Origin: Bradymonadia bacterium
GTDB taxonomy: Bacteria > Myxococcota_A > Bradymonadia > UBA7976 > UBA1532
NCBI GenBank assembly: GCA_046290225.1
Contig: JBKAGE010000038.1
Coordinates: 265,491 to 329,490 of the forward strand
Direction: 5' to 3'
DNA length: 64,000 bases
Part shown: positions 37,488-55,500 of the stretch, piece by piece
How positions within the stretch are numbered: position 1 is the stretch's first letter
How the letters are laid out: the number at the start of each line of letters is the position of its first letter
The notes under the pieces: model-generated
What the model saw: only the letters and a program-made list of their open reading frames with translations
Told to the model about the DNA's origin: nothing
Database searches by the model: none
Program-made: the position numbers and the translations under genes

Positions 37488-38846
37488 ATGCGCACACCAC
37501 TCACCCGGCGTCTTTCACGCCCCCTCGCCCTGGCTTTCACCACAGCCACGACGTTGTGGTGCGCCGGCTGTGCATCCGGCGATGCCCAGATTGCGCCAGT
37601 GGCCCCGGAGATCCCCTCGGAGGGTACTCTCGAGGTGCCCACCGATCGTGGCGCCGCCGCAGCGGCACACACAGCAGGTAAGGCTGATGGTGAGTGTGGT
37701 GATTTCCCCAGCTGGGCGCTGGAGCACCTCGACGACACCCGATGTCGCAAAGCACAGCCCTCCAGCAACGATCGCTCCTGGATGTGCCCCACAACGCACA
37801 CCTCCGAGAAGGCCTCGCGCCTCGACACTGGCGCTGAGGTGGTCTACCGCTCAGAGGGTGCCTTTGTAGAGGTCGACGACACCGCCCTCGTCGATCTCGT
37901 GCCGCCTCACATCCGCATGACCCTCATCCTGATCCGCCGGATCGATGGGGTGCCGCACTTTCGCTACCTGAGCAATGGCGCCCACGACGAAGCCCGAGAA
38001 ACTTGGAGTTCCTCGAAGTTCCTCGCCGTGGCCAACGCCGGCGCCCACATGCGAGAGGCCTCACAAGGTGTGGTGGGCCTCGACTCGGTGGTGAAACTCG
38101 ACTCTGGCGAGGCGCTGCCCCTTGGTGATCTCGTCACTGTGATCCACAGCTATGATCAGCGGCGCTTCACCTCCAACGGGCTCGCTCGGTGGTTCCACGA
38201 CATCGGCGGCCGCGACCGGGCCAACGCCCTGGTCCACGCCGGGTGGCTCGACCGTCCGGCCTCCGAGACCTTTGGTGGCAACTATGGCGCCCCGGCCCCT
38301 GCCCTGCCCCTGCGTTTCGACGGATCGGCAGGCGCCCTCACCCTCGAGGCCGATGACACCACCGGCCCCGACAACACACTCTCGACCTTCACCCTCGCCG
38401 AGGCCCTCAAACGCCTGGTGCTCCATCGCGAGCTGGCAGGCAGCCGCATGCCCCACCTGACCTGGGCCGACGTGCAGGTCCTGCTTTATGGTGCACCACA
38501 GTCATCGGCATACGGCCAGGACGCCCCCCAGGGCATGCAGGGCGACACCGCGATCTATGTGCAGCAGGCCCTCGACCTGCCCAGCCTCGAAGCCCGCAGC
38601 CAAGGGCAATGGCGCATCTTCTCCAAGCTCGGGGCTGGCCCCTCACGGGGTGGAGAGATCGTGCACAATGCCTATGGATGCCTTCCGGTCCTCGACGAGG
38701 CAGGTCGACCTGTCGCAGACCAGGGCAAAGAATTCGTCATCGCCACCCACATGAGCGCGGGGGGCGACATGAAGGCCGCTGATCAGCAGCTGGCGCGCCT
38801 CTACTCTGCCCTCATCGAGCGTGTGCTCGATGGAAGGCTCAAGTGA
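37488..38846 (+). CDS. Lipoprotein with possible serine beta-lactamase/PBP-like fold
   Basis: Lipobox WCAGC; WSSSK (SxxK), TSN and SKLG (KxG-like) in the expected order. Confidence 0.5.
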   Translation: MRTPLTRRLSRPLALAFTTATTLWCAGCASGDAQIAPVAPEIPSEGTLEVPTDRGAAAAAHTAGKADGECGDFPSWALEHLDDTRCRKAQPSSNDRSWMCPTTHTSEKASRLDTGAEVVYRSEGAFVEVDDTALVDLVPPHIRMTLILIRRIDGVPHFRYLSNGAHDEARETWSSSKFLAVANAGAHMREASQGVVGLDSVVKLDSGEALPLGDLVTVIHSYDQRRFTSNGLARWFHDIGGRDRANALVHAGWLDRPASETFGGNYGAPAPALPLRFDGSAGALTLEADDTTGPDNTLSTFTLAEALKRLVLHRELAGSRMPHLTWADVQVLLYGAPQSSAYGQDAPQGMQGDTAIYVQQALDLPSLEARSQGQWRIFSKLGAGPSRGGEIVHNAYGCLPVLDEAGRPVADQGKEFVIATHMSAGGDMKAADQQLARLYSALIERVLDGRLK

Positions 38847-38912
38847 TCCCACAGACCTGCGTCCACGAGCAGGGGCCCTGCCTCCGCTCGAGGTCGCCTC
38901 AGGAGAGATGCT

Positions 38913-39074
38913 GTGATCGATAAACTTCTGGATCTCATCAAGCAGCTGATGATGGCCTTCTTCATGCGCATGGCCTCCGAGGTGGCCCGAGGCATCATCA
39001 ACGGCCTCATCCAGGGCCTCATGGCCGCCTTCGCCGAGGCCCTCGGGCGCAAGCAGCAGGCAGCTGCGAGCTGA
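38913..39074 (+). CDS. 53-aa amphipathic small protein
   Basis: AGGAG then GTG 38913; MIDKLLDLIKQLMMAFFMRMASEVARGIINGLIQGLMAAFAEALGRKQQAAAS; strong GC3 bias; below the ORF-track cutoff. Confidence 0.7.
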   Translation: MIDKLLDLIKQLMMAFFMRMASEVARGIINGLIQGLMAAFAEALGRKQQAAAS

Positions 39075-39122
39075 GCGTCTCCCTATCTTTCACCTTCACC
39101 CCCCAATCGAGAGGGATCCCCC

Positions 39123-40502
39123 ATGATGCACGGCGCAGTGGCCAACGTGGTCGAGGCCATCGGCAACACCCCCATCGTCAAACTCAACACCCTGGCGGCG
39201 GGCCTCAAGGCCAACATCTTCTGCAAACTCGAGTACATGAACCCCGGCGGCTCCGTGAAGGATCGCATCGGCGTGCACATGCTCCGAGAGGCGGAGCGTC
39301 GCGGTGAGATTCAGCCTGGCGGCACCATCATCGAGGCCACCAGCGGCAACACCGGCATGGGGCTGGCCCTCTACGCCGCCCTCAAGGGCTACCGCTGCAT
39401 CTTCGTCATGGCCGACAAGCAGTCCATGGAGAAGGTCCGGGCCCTGCGGGCCGTGGGGGCCAAGGTGGTGATCACCCCCACCGACGTCGAGCCCGAGGAT
39501 CCCCGAAGCTACTACTCCGTGGCCAAGCGCCTCTACAAAGAGACGCCGAACTCGTTCTACGCCAACCAGTATCACAACCCCGACAACCCCGAGACCCACT
39601 ACCAGTGGACCGGCCCTGAGCTCTGGAAGCAGACCAACGGCCAGATCGACGCCTTCGTGGCGGGCCTGGGCACCGGGGGCACCATCTCGGGCACCGGGCG
39701 CTACCTCAAAGAGCAGAGCCCCGACGTGCAGCTGGTGGGCATCGACATCGAAGGCTCGGTCTATTACGACTTCTGGAAGTCCGGGAAGGTGGTCCCCGCC
39801 TACTCGTACAAGACCGAAGGCATCGGCGAGGACTTCTTCCCCAGCACCATCTCTCTCGACATCATCGACGAGGTGGTCCAGGTGAACGACAAAGACTCCT
39901 TCGACATGACCCGCAAGCTCGCCCGTCTCGAGGGCATCTTGACTGGGGGTTCCGGGGGCTCTGCCGTGCTCGGGGCGATCCGCTACGCCGAGAAGATCGA
40001 CCGCGAGGCCAACATCGTGGTGCTGCTCCCCGACAGCGCCACCCGCTACCTGAACAAGATCTTCGACGACGAGTGGATGCGGGAGAATGGCTTCCTCGAT
40101 CCCGAAGAAGAGCTGGGCACCATCCGCGAGCTGCTCACCGGCAAGAGCGGTGAGGTCTTCACCCTCGATCACGCCACCCCGATTCGGCAGGTCATCGAGC
40201 TGATGAAGGCCCACGGCATCAGCCAGGTGCCGTTGATGGACGGCGGTCGGCTCAAGGGCATCGTCAACGAGTCGGCCCTGCTGAGCTACATCCTCGACGG
40301 CGAGGGCAACCTCGACAAGCCTGTGGGCGAGATCGCCTCCGACGCCTTCGAGGTGGCCGATCCGGATGCGCCGGTGGGCCTGTTCAACCACATCTTCGGC
40401 CAGGGCAAGGTGATCATCGTCTGGGAGCGGGGCACCTGCCGCGGCATCATCACCAAGATCGACGTCCTCGACTACCTGGCCCACCGCCGCCGCGTCTCTT
40501 AA
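39123..40502 (+). CDS. cbs: Cystathionine beta-synthase with C-terminal CBS domains
   Basis: KLEYMNPGGSVKDR (PLP Lys), EATSGNTG, GTGGT, EGIG; CBS pair at the C-terminus. Confidence 0.9.
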   Translation: MMHGAVANVVEAIGNTPIVKLNTLAAGLKANIFCKLEYMNPGGSVKDRIGVHMLREAERRGEIQPGGTIIEATSGNTGMGLALYAALKGYRCIFVMADKQSMEKVRALRAVGAKVVITPTDVEPEDPRSYYSVAKRLYKETPNSFYANQYHNPDNPETHYQWTGPELWKQTNGQIDAFVAGLGTGGTISGTGRYLKEQSPDVQLVGIDIEGSVYYDFWKSGKVVPAYSYKTEGIGEDFFPSTISLDIIDEVVQVNDKDSFDMTRKLARLEGILTGGSGGSAVLGAIRYAEKIDREANIVVLLPDSATRYLNKIFDDEWMRENGFLDPEEELGTIRELLTGKSGEVFTLDHATPIRQVIELMKAHGISQVPLMDGGRLKGIVNESALLSYILDGEGNLDKPVGEIASDAFEVADPDAPVGLFNHIFGQGKVIIVWERGTCRGIITKIDVLDYLAHRRRVS

Positions 40503-40512
40503 GGAGCCTGCC

Positions 40513-41706
40513 GTGAGTGATCATCCGAACCCCAACGCCCCTCAGCCGGTGAACCCCGAGGGGCACCGCTTCGAGACCCTGGCGATCCACGCTGGCCAAG
40601 CGCCCGACCCTTCGACGGGGGCGGTGAACGTGCCGGTCTACCTCAACAGCACTTATGTGCAGGCGGGGCCCGGCGAACATCAAGGCTACGAGTACAGCCG
40701 CACAGCCAATCCCACCCGCACCGCCCTGGAGCGCAACCTCGCCGCCCTCGAGGGGGGCCGGTCGGGCGTCTGCTTCTCCAGCGGCTGCGCGGCCTCGGCG
40801 GCCCTGGCCCACTGGATCGGCCCCAACGGCCACATGATCTGCTGTGACGACGTCTACGGGGGCACCTTCCGCCTCTTCGACAAGATGTTCACTCAGGCTG
40901 ATCGGCAGTTCACCTTCACCGATCTCACTGATCCCGACGCCCTCTTCGAGCACATCCGGCCCAACACCAAGGCGGTGTGGCTCGAGACGCCGACGAACCC
41001 CCTGCTCAAGCTCATCGACATCGAGGCCATCGCCGAGCGCGCCCACAGCAAGGGGCTCAAGGTCATCGTCGACAACACCTTCATGTCGCCCTTCTTCCAG
41101 CGCCCGCTGGATCTCGGAGCCGACATCGTGGTGCACAGCTGTACCAAGTACCTCGGGGGTCACTCCGACGTAGTGCTCGGGGTGGCCATCACCAACGACG
41201 ACGCCATCGCCGAGCGGCTGCACTTCATCCAGAACTCCTCTGGTGGCATGCCGGGCCCCATGGATTGCTTCCTTGCGCTGCGGGGCACCAAGACGCTCCA
41301 TGTGCGCATGGCCCGCCATGCGGAGAACGCTGGCATCCTCGCGCCGTGGCTCGAAGCTCACCCCAAGGTGGAGAAGGTCATCTACCCGGGCCTGCCCAGC
41401 CACCCGCAATATGACCTGGCCCAGCGCCAGATGAGCGGCTTCGGTGGCATGATCAGCTTCGTGGTGAAGGGGGGCCTGCCCGCAGCGACCCGTCTGCTGA
41501 AGGCCTGCAAGGTCTTCGCCCTCGCCGAGAGCCTCGGTGGTGTGGAGTCACTCATCGAGCACCCCGCCATCATGACCCACGCCAGCGTGCCCGCCGAGAC
41601 CCGCGCCCGTCTGGGCATCGACGACGGCTTGATCCGCATCAGCGTCGGCATCGAGCACATCGACGATCTGCAGGGCGAGCTCGCCCACGCCCTCGAACTG
41701 GCATGA
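40513..41706 (+). CDS. Cystathionine gamma-lyase/gamma-synthase (Cys/Met PLP family)
   Basis: YEYSRTANPT, ETPTNP, VDNTF, HSCTKYLGGHSD, AESLGGVESL. Confidence 0.93.
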   Translation: MSDHPNPNAPQPVNPEGHRFETLAIHAGQAPDPSTGAVNVPVYLNSTYVQAGPGEHQGYEYSRTANPTRTALERNLAALEGGRSGVCFSSGCAASAALAHWIGPNGHMICCDDVYGGTFRLFDKMFTQADRQFTFTDLTDPDALFEHIRPNTKAVWLETPTNPLLKLIDIEAIAERAHSKGLKVIVDNTFMSPFFQRPLDLGADIVVHSCTKYLGGHSDVVLGVAITNDDAIAERLHFIQNSSGGMPGPMDCFLALRGTKTLHVRMARHAENAGILAPWLEAHPKVEKVIYPGLPSHPQYDLAQRQMSGFGGMISFVVKGGLPAATRLLKACKVFALAESLGGVESLIEHPAIMTHASVPAETRARLGIDDGLIRISVGIEHIDDLQGELAHALELA

Positions 41707-42128
41707 GCTCAAGGCTCACCATCGCCCTCCTGCTTCTGCCACTTTGGGCTGGTTGTGGGGGCTCTCGCGAAGAGCCTGCCACTGGGAAGGCCACTTCAGC
41801 TGATGCTGCGCCTGCTCAGGCCACACCGCCGAAACCGGTGGTGGGCAAGGCGATCAAAGCTCAAGTGGGGCACCCGGGCATGGCCAGCTTCCTGGCGGAG
41901 GGCTTTGGCGACGCCAACAAGGTGAGCGCGGCGCTGAAGCGCTTCGCCCCTGAGGGCCTCGACCTTGCCGACATGGACGTCTTCGAGTTGCGCGATCCTC
42001 AGATCACCGCTCAGGCCGATGTCTGTTTCACTGTGGAGGCCACGGCGGGCATCACGCTGAGAACCTATGTGCTGTGCTGGGCAAGCGACGCCCAGCTGGC
42101 TTCGGTGAAGTTCAAGGGCATGCGCTGA
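41703..42128 (+). CDS. Small lipoprotein, hypothetical
   Basis: Lipobox LWAGC; ATGA overlap with the upstream gene. Confidence 0.6.
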   Translation: MSSRLTIALLLLPLWAGCGGSREEPATGKATSADAAPAQATPPKPVVGKAIKAQVGHPGMASFLAEGFGDANKVSAALKRFAPEGLDLADMDVFELRDPQITAQADVCFTVEATAGITLRTYVLCWASDAQLASVKFKGMR

Positions 42129-42135
42129 GCGCGCG

Positions 42136-43188
42136 TCAGGGCGACAACACATAGTCGGGTTTTGGGCCTTGCCCCTGACCCAGCGCCCACAGCAACCCCG
42201 CCACACACCTGCCGGCCATCCCCACGTCAGCCTGTGGGGAGAGGCGCGTCTCTTCGGTACCCGATCCGAAATGGTGAAACACACGCACGCGATCGGCGAG
42301 CTCGGGGTGCAGCAGTGGGCTGTGCTGCGGCAACGGCTCTGTCTCGAAGACGTCGAGGGCCACGCCACCGAGATGGCCGCCCCTCAACACCTGGGCGAGG
42401 GCCTCTTCGTCCACCACTGCCCCCCGGGCAGTGTTCACCAACAGCGCAGAGGGCTTCAGCCGGGCGAGGGCCGAAGCGTCGATCAGGTGCCGGGTCTCGT
42501 CGGTGAGGGGCACGTGCAGCGAGAGCGCGTCAGACTCGGCGAGCACAGTGTCGAGGGTGCCATAGCGTGCAGTTCGCGGCCTTTGTGCGCCTGTGGACGC
42601 GAGGGTGTCCATCACCAACTGCAGCGCGGCGAGGAACGTCGGATCTTCGTGGCGGGGATCACACAGCAACAGATCGACGTCGAGGGCGGCACATCGAGCG
42701 GCGAAGGCCCTGCCGATGCGGCCCAGCCCCACCACACCGATGGTCATGCCCGCCACCTCACGACCGAGGAAGGGCTGTGAAGGGTGCCAGCTCGACCATG
42801 CACCATCGCGGACGAGGGCTTCAGAGGCCCGCAACCTGCGCGCCAGAGCCCCGAGGGCGAAGAGCGCGAACTCTGCCGTGGCCCCCGTGAGCACGCCTGG
42901 CGTGTGGGTCACCGTGATCCCCAGTCGGTGGGCGGCATCGACGTCGATGTTGTCGAGCCCCACGGCACACTGGGCCACCACCTTCAGATGAGGCACCCCC
43001 ACCTGGAGCATCTGCGCGTCGATCGGATCCCGCAGCGTGGTGATCAGCCCCGCCACCCCGCTGCGCAGCTGGGCCTCGATGACTGAACGCTCGGGGGGCT
43101 CCGGTGAAGGATGTACCTCCAGCGTGTACCCCGCGTCGCGGATCTGCGAGAGCGCTGGCCCCAGATCACACGTGGCGTATACCCTCAC
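42136..43188 (-). CDS. D-isomer-specific 2-hydroxyacid dehydrogenase (glyoxylate reductase-like)
   Basis: VGLDNID, TPGVLT.ATAE, GLGRIG, LHVPLTDET, NTARG, LDVFETEP. Confidence 0.92.
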   Translation of the reverse strand: MRVYATCDLGPALSQIRDAGYTLEVHPSPEPPERSVIEAQLRSGVAGLITTLRDPIDAQMLQVGVPHLKVVAQCAVGLDNIDVDAAHRLGITVTHTPGVLTGATAEFALFALGALARRLRASEALVRDGAWSSWHPSQPFLGREVAGMTIGVVGLGRIGRAFAARCAALDVDLLLCDPRHEDPTFLAALQLVMDTLASTGAQRPRTARYGTLDTVLAESDALSLHVPLTDETRHLIDASALARLKPSALLVNTARGAVVDEEALAQVLRGGHLGGVALDVFETEPLPQHSPLLHPELADRVRVFHHFGSGTEETRLSPQADVGMAGRCVAGLLWALGQGQGPKPDYVLSP

Positions 43189-44237
43189 CCGCTCAACTCA
43201 CCAGCAAGATCTTGTGACATCAAGATACGGGCCTCTCCGGGCGTGCGCCCAGTGCCCAGCAACACGTAGAGCTTGGTCAGGGCCGCCTCAGGGGTCATGT
43301 CCTGTCCGGAGATCACCCCCACACTCGACAGCCCCTGCCCCGTGCGATAGCGGTCCTGCTCCACCCGCCCCGAGTGGCACTGGCTCGTGTTTACCACCAG
43401 CACGTTGCGATCAGGCGCCGTCGCCCGGGCCAGGGCCGCCATCAGATCGTGATCCCCTCGGGGAAAGTTCCCCGTGCCGTAGGTCTCCAGAATCACCCCC
43501 TCCGTGGGGGGCGCCAGGATACGGTCGAGGGCCTGTGCGGTCATGCCAGGGTAGAGCCGGAGCGCCACCACCTCGGGTACCCGATCAGGACGCCGAGCGA
43601 TGAGGGGCCCTTCACCCGGTGGCCGGATCAGGTGGGCGTTGAGCTCGATGTCCACGCCCACGTCGGCGAGGGGCGGCAGGTTGCCGCTGGCGAAGGCCAC
43701 GAAGTCGGCGCTGTGCAGCTTCTGCACCCGGTTGCCGCGATAGAGCTGGGATCCGAAGTACACACACACTTCGGGGATCGCCAGAGAGCCCGCGAGGATG
43801 AGGGCGGTGGTGATGTGGGCCCGACCATCGCTGCGTACATGCTCCAGGCTGAGCTGAGCCCCGGTGAGGATGACCGGCTTGGTGAGCCCGGTGAGCAGGA
43901 AAGAGAGCGCCGAGGCGGTGTAGGCCATGGTGTCGGTGCCATGGAGCACCACGAAGCCGTCGAACTCGTCGTACCTGCGCTCGATGGCCCGGGCGATGCG
44001 CCACCAGTCCACCGGGCGCATGTCGGCGCTGTCGAGCAGGGGCTCGAGCCGCTCCCGCTCGAAGGCAGGCACGTCGTCGTGAAACAGCAAGCGACTCTCG
44101 CGGAGGAACCGGTCGAGGACCTCGGCGTCGGGTACGTACCCTGTAGAGGTCTCGGTCATCCCGATGGTGCCGCCGACGTGGAGCAACAACACCCGAGGTC
44201 GACGACCCTGCCTGGCGTTCTCTGAGATTCGAGCCAC
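43185..44237 (-). CDS. ansA: Type I L-asparaginase
   Basis: GGTIGM, LLDS, HGTDTMAYTAS, ILTGAQ, YGTGN, DMTPEAALTKL; GGAGG precedes GTG 44237. Confidence 0.92.
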   Translation of the reverse strand: MARISENARQGRRPRVLLLHVGGTIGMTETSTGYVPDAEVLDRFLRESRLLFHDDVPAFERERLEPLLDSADMRPVDWWRIARAIERRYDEFDGFVVLHGTDTMAYTASALSFLLTGLTKPVILTGAQLSLEHVRSDGRAHITTALILAGSLAIPEVCVYFGSQLYRGNRVQKLHSADFVAFASGNLPPLADVGVDIELNAHLIRPPGEGPLIARRPDRVPEVVALRLYPGMTAQALDRILAPPTEGVILETYGTGNFPRGDHDLMAALARATAPDRNVLVVNTSQCHSGRVEQDRYRTGQGLSSVGVISGQDMTPEAALTKLYVLLGTGRTPGEARILMSQDLAGELSG

Positions 44238-44611
44238 GGTGGGCCTCCCATAGAGCGAAATGGTGCACGTGCTGCACCTGCGGGGGCGCACCATGCCACA
44301 GGCGCCAGGGCGGCGTCACCCGGTGCCGAGGGCCTCGGCGCACGATCAGATCACCCCACCTGGATCTGAACACCCCGGTCTACATATCCTACTATCCGTT
44401 GAGTCCTCAGGGGTTTGAGACGCGGGCCATTAAATTGTCGAAACACAGGGAGCTGACACAGTTGTCTCGATGACGTGTCGCATCTACCCTTCTCGGCGAA
44501 ACGTGACCCGGGGCCTTCAGCCTTAAGGGCTCATTCGAAAAAACCGACCCTGTGCACGGCGATCAACCGTGGCACATCTCGCATCAGCATTCCGAGTTTA
44601 CGGAGTTCAGG

Positions 44612-48016
<3,405 letters not shown>

Positions 48017-48098
48017 ACCTGACGAGGGCTTACCTGCGGGTGAACCCTCGGCAAATTTGACACATCTGATATAACCGTTCGGTGAAATCCTGCCCGGC

Positions 48099-48337
48099 GA
48101 AGATGCCCATCTGATGGCGTTTTCGACCGGGCTTTTCAGCTGAATGAGCTCTTCGTTTTCGTCGCTTGTGGCAGATGGCGTGAAATTTACGCCATCTGCA
48201 CTGGCATCGAACTGGTCGATCGTGTAGATCCGGCGATTCGTCGTGGAAGGTATGCCCTGATCTTCCACAGTTGACCCCGACAAAGGTGATCGACCACTGC
48301 GGCAGGCGCTGGGGGGCCCACCGGCGCCAAGAGGTCG
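48099..48337 (+). promoter_or_regulatory. Structured leader region upstream of rpoC
   Basis: Perfect 11-bp stem GCAGATGGCGT/ACGCCATCTGC at 48171-48199; weaker stems at 48099-48124 and 48305-48328. Confidence 0.4.
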
Positions 48338-48363
48338 CTTGACACCACAGGGTGGGAGACAAG

Positions 48364-52482
<4,119 letters not shown>

Positions 52483-52579
52483 GGCGAAATGCTTGCATGA
52501 CGCAGGCACGCTTCAGCTCGAAGATCCCCCACCACACCCCTCAAGTTCGACGGGCAAGGCACCGAAGCAACAAGGTGCC

Positions 52580-55500
52580 ATGCATGCCCCTCATCCCACT
52601 GCGAGTCACATGCAGCCCGCTCTCCTGAGCGGCCGCTATCGCCTTGGCCCCAAACTCGGGGCTGGGACGGGGGGCGTGGTGTATCAAGGCCACGACCGGC
52701 TCCTCGATCGGGCCGTGGCCATCAAGATCCTGCCATCGACCGCGAGCAATCGGGACGAGTTCCTGGTGGCCCGCAGCCTCGATCACCCCTTCGTCGTGGC
52801 CACACACGACTTTGGCCAGGTCGACGCCGAGCACGACTTTGTGGTGATGGATCTCGTCAAGGGCCAGCCCCTGGACGCCTGGGGCCAGTCTCAGGACATC
52901 ACCGCCAAGTTGAAGGTGGCGCTCTGTGGGGCCCTTGCCCTCGCGCACTTGCACACGCGCAGGCTGACCCACGCCGACATCAAGCCCGACAACCTGCTCG
53001 TGGAGGACACCGAGCAGGGCCCAGTGGCCCGTCTCATCGACTTCGGCATGGCCACCGACGCTCAGCATGGCTTCAAAGGCACCCCTGCGTATGCTGCCCC
53101 GGAGATCTTCCAGGGCGGCGCCCCCACCTCTTCTTCTGATGTCTACGCCTTCGGTGTCTCTCTCTACGAGATGCTCAGCGGCATCAACCCCTTCGCTGCC
53201 GAGACCATCGAGGAGACCAGCGAGCGCCAGCGCACGCTGACCCCACCTCTGCTCGAGCAGATCCCGGCGCAGCTCGCTCAGGTCATCGCGAAGTGCATGG
53301 CCAAGCCCATCGAGAGCCGCTATGCCGATGCGGAGGCCTTGCTCTTTGCTCTGACAGATGCGTTGCCAGAGCTGACAGCCACCGTCGATGCCAGCACGCT
53401 GATCCGCCCTGAGGGGTTGCCGCTGCAAGAGCGAGAAGACCTCGTCGAGAAGCTCGGCCAGACCCTCGACAACATCAGCGAAGGCCCCTTCCGCATCAGC
53501 GCCCCGAAGGGCGGCGGGCTCTCACGCGTCCTCGACACGATCTACAGTCAGGCCAGGCTGCTCGGACGCCGTGTGTTCTGGCTTTCGGGTCGTCAGGCAG
53601 AGCACCATCTGCACCATCAGCTCGAGCAGTGGCTCTCCGATGCGCCCATCGAGCCCGCAGCGATCCCTTCTCTGAGCTCGGAGCAGCTCGACGCGTTGCT
53701 CGCTCGGCTCTCCAGCGAGCCCACGGTGATCTTGATCGACGATCTCGACGCCGCCTCGACCCCAGAGCTGACCTTCCTGAGCACGTTGTGCGGGCGCATG
53801 ACGCCCAAGCAACCCCTGTGGCTTTACTACACGACCCGACCCGCTGGCTGCCGGAAGCAGGCGCAGTTGAACCTGCCTGGGCACACCCACCGGCTCACGG
53901 CGCTGACCCCTGCCGGCGTCCACGGTGCCCTCCAGAGCGCCTTGGGCACGATTGATCCCGAGCAGCGCTTCGCGCGTTTGTGCCACACCGCCACCGAGGG
54001 CACACCCGGAGCCTTGTGGGCGCTGATTCGCCATCAGATACAATCAGGCCGCATCTGGTGGGGTGAAGGGCGCTGGCGCCTCGATGATCGCTTGCTGCTG
54101 ATGGCGCCTGAGGCTCTGTGCCCGCCAGACAGCGCCGACGATGCGCCCCCCCTTGATCTGACTCAACTCACCGCCCATGGCCGAGAGGCGCTGCTCAGCG
54201 TGGCGGTGCTCAGCTCAGGGCCCGCCAAGGGGACCTCGCTCAAGCGACAGGTGGTGGACGCGATGTTGTCGGCCAACCACCGCAAGGCGCTCAAAAACCT
54301 CCTCAAGGGTGGGCTGTTGACCACGCGAGGGACCACCTTGAAGCTCACGCACGGGGGCCACCTGGAGCCCCTGCTCGCTCAGCTCAAGACGCTCAAGCAT
54401 CGCCGCCTGCACCGCCTGGCGGCCATCGCTTACTCCGAAGCAGATCCCAACTCCCTCACCCGCTGGGCTTACCATACCCGGGAGGCCGGCTACCCTGAGC
54501 AGGCCATCCCGCTGATGGCCCGCGCAGCCTCGGAGGCGCTCCGCACAGGGCACCCCGAGCAGGCCGCACAACACCATCGCTGGCTGATCCTCAACGGTGC
54601 AGATGCGGTCGAGCATCACGAGCGCGCCGGCGACTGCGAGCTGCTCAACGGAGATCACTCCCGGGCCCTGGACCATTACCGTGAGGCGTTGGCCCTCGGT
54701 GCTGATGCAGGCCGCCTCAGCTTCAAGCTCGCCTGGGCCCTCATCGATGCGGGGCAATACGACGAGAGCCTGGTCCATGGTGAGCAGGCTCGTGTGCACG
54801 GGGAGACTTCTGGCGAGCAAGAGACTCTGTTCACTGCGCACATCGGCCTGGGCTGGGCCAAGATGATGAAGGGGTCCTACGACGAAGCTCTGGCCCATGC
54901 AGAGCAGGCTGAGGCCTGCCTGCCTACGCTGCTTGAGCGCACTGGCTGGAGTCAACTGAGCCGCTACCACCGCCTCCAGGGCACCATCGCCTGGCACCAG
55001 GGCCGCTCGGAAGACAGCATCGCGTTCTTCAAGAGCGGCATCGAGCTCGGCCTCGAGCGCGGTGAGCTCGAAGCCCTCGCCGAGTGTTATCTGGGCCTGG
55101 GTACGGGCCTCATGCTTCAGGGCAACTACGAGGAGGCCATCGAAGCGCAGCAAGAGGCGATCTTGCGCAACGAGGCCCTCGGGCGACTGCGATACAGCGC
55201 CAAGTCCCTCAACAGCCTGGGCATCAACCAGTACCTGAAGGGCCGTCTCAAAGACGCCGAGAAGAGCTGGGCCCGGTTCCGCGATATGTGCACCCGCACC
55301 CACGATCTGCCGGATCTGGTCATCGCCCACAACAACCTCGGCTTCTTGCACAAAGACCGAGGTGCCTTGGAGCGCGCGGCGGCAGAGCTGGAGCGCGGTC
55401 GCGCCATCGCCGAGGAGACGGGCTTCCAGAGAGGCCTGGCCATGGTGCTCGGCAACCTTGGCGAGGTCCGGGGCGCTCAAGGGCACCTCGAGCAAGGCCG

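Noticed and set aside
39123..44237. Amino-acid metabolism genes as a novel pathway
   Set aside because: The cbs plus cystathionine lyase pair, the 2-hydroxyacid dehydrogenase and ansA are ordinary housekeeping enzymes.
48057..48090. Sigma-70 promoter at TTGACA for rpoC
   Set aside because: No acceptable -10 hexamer at 16-18 bp spacing; TATAAC is too close.
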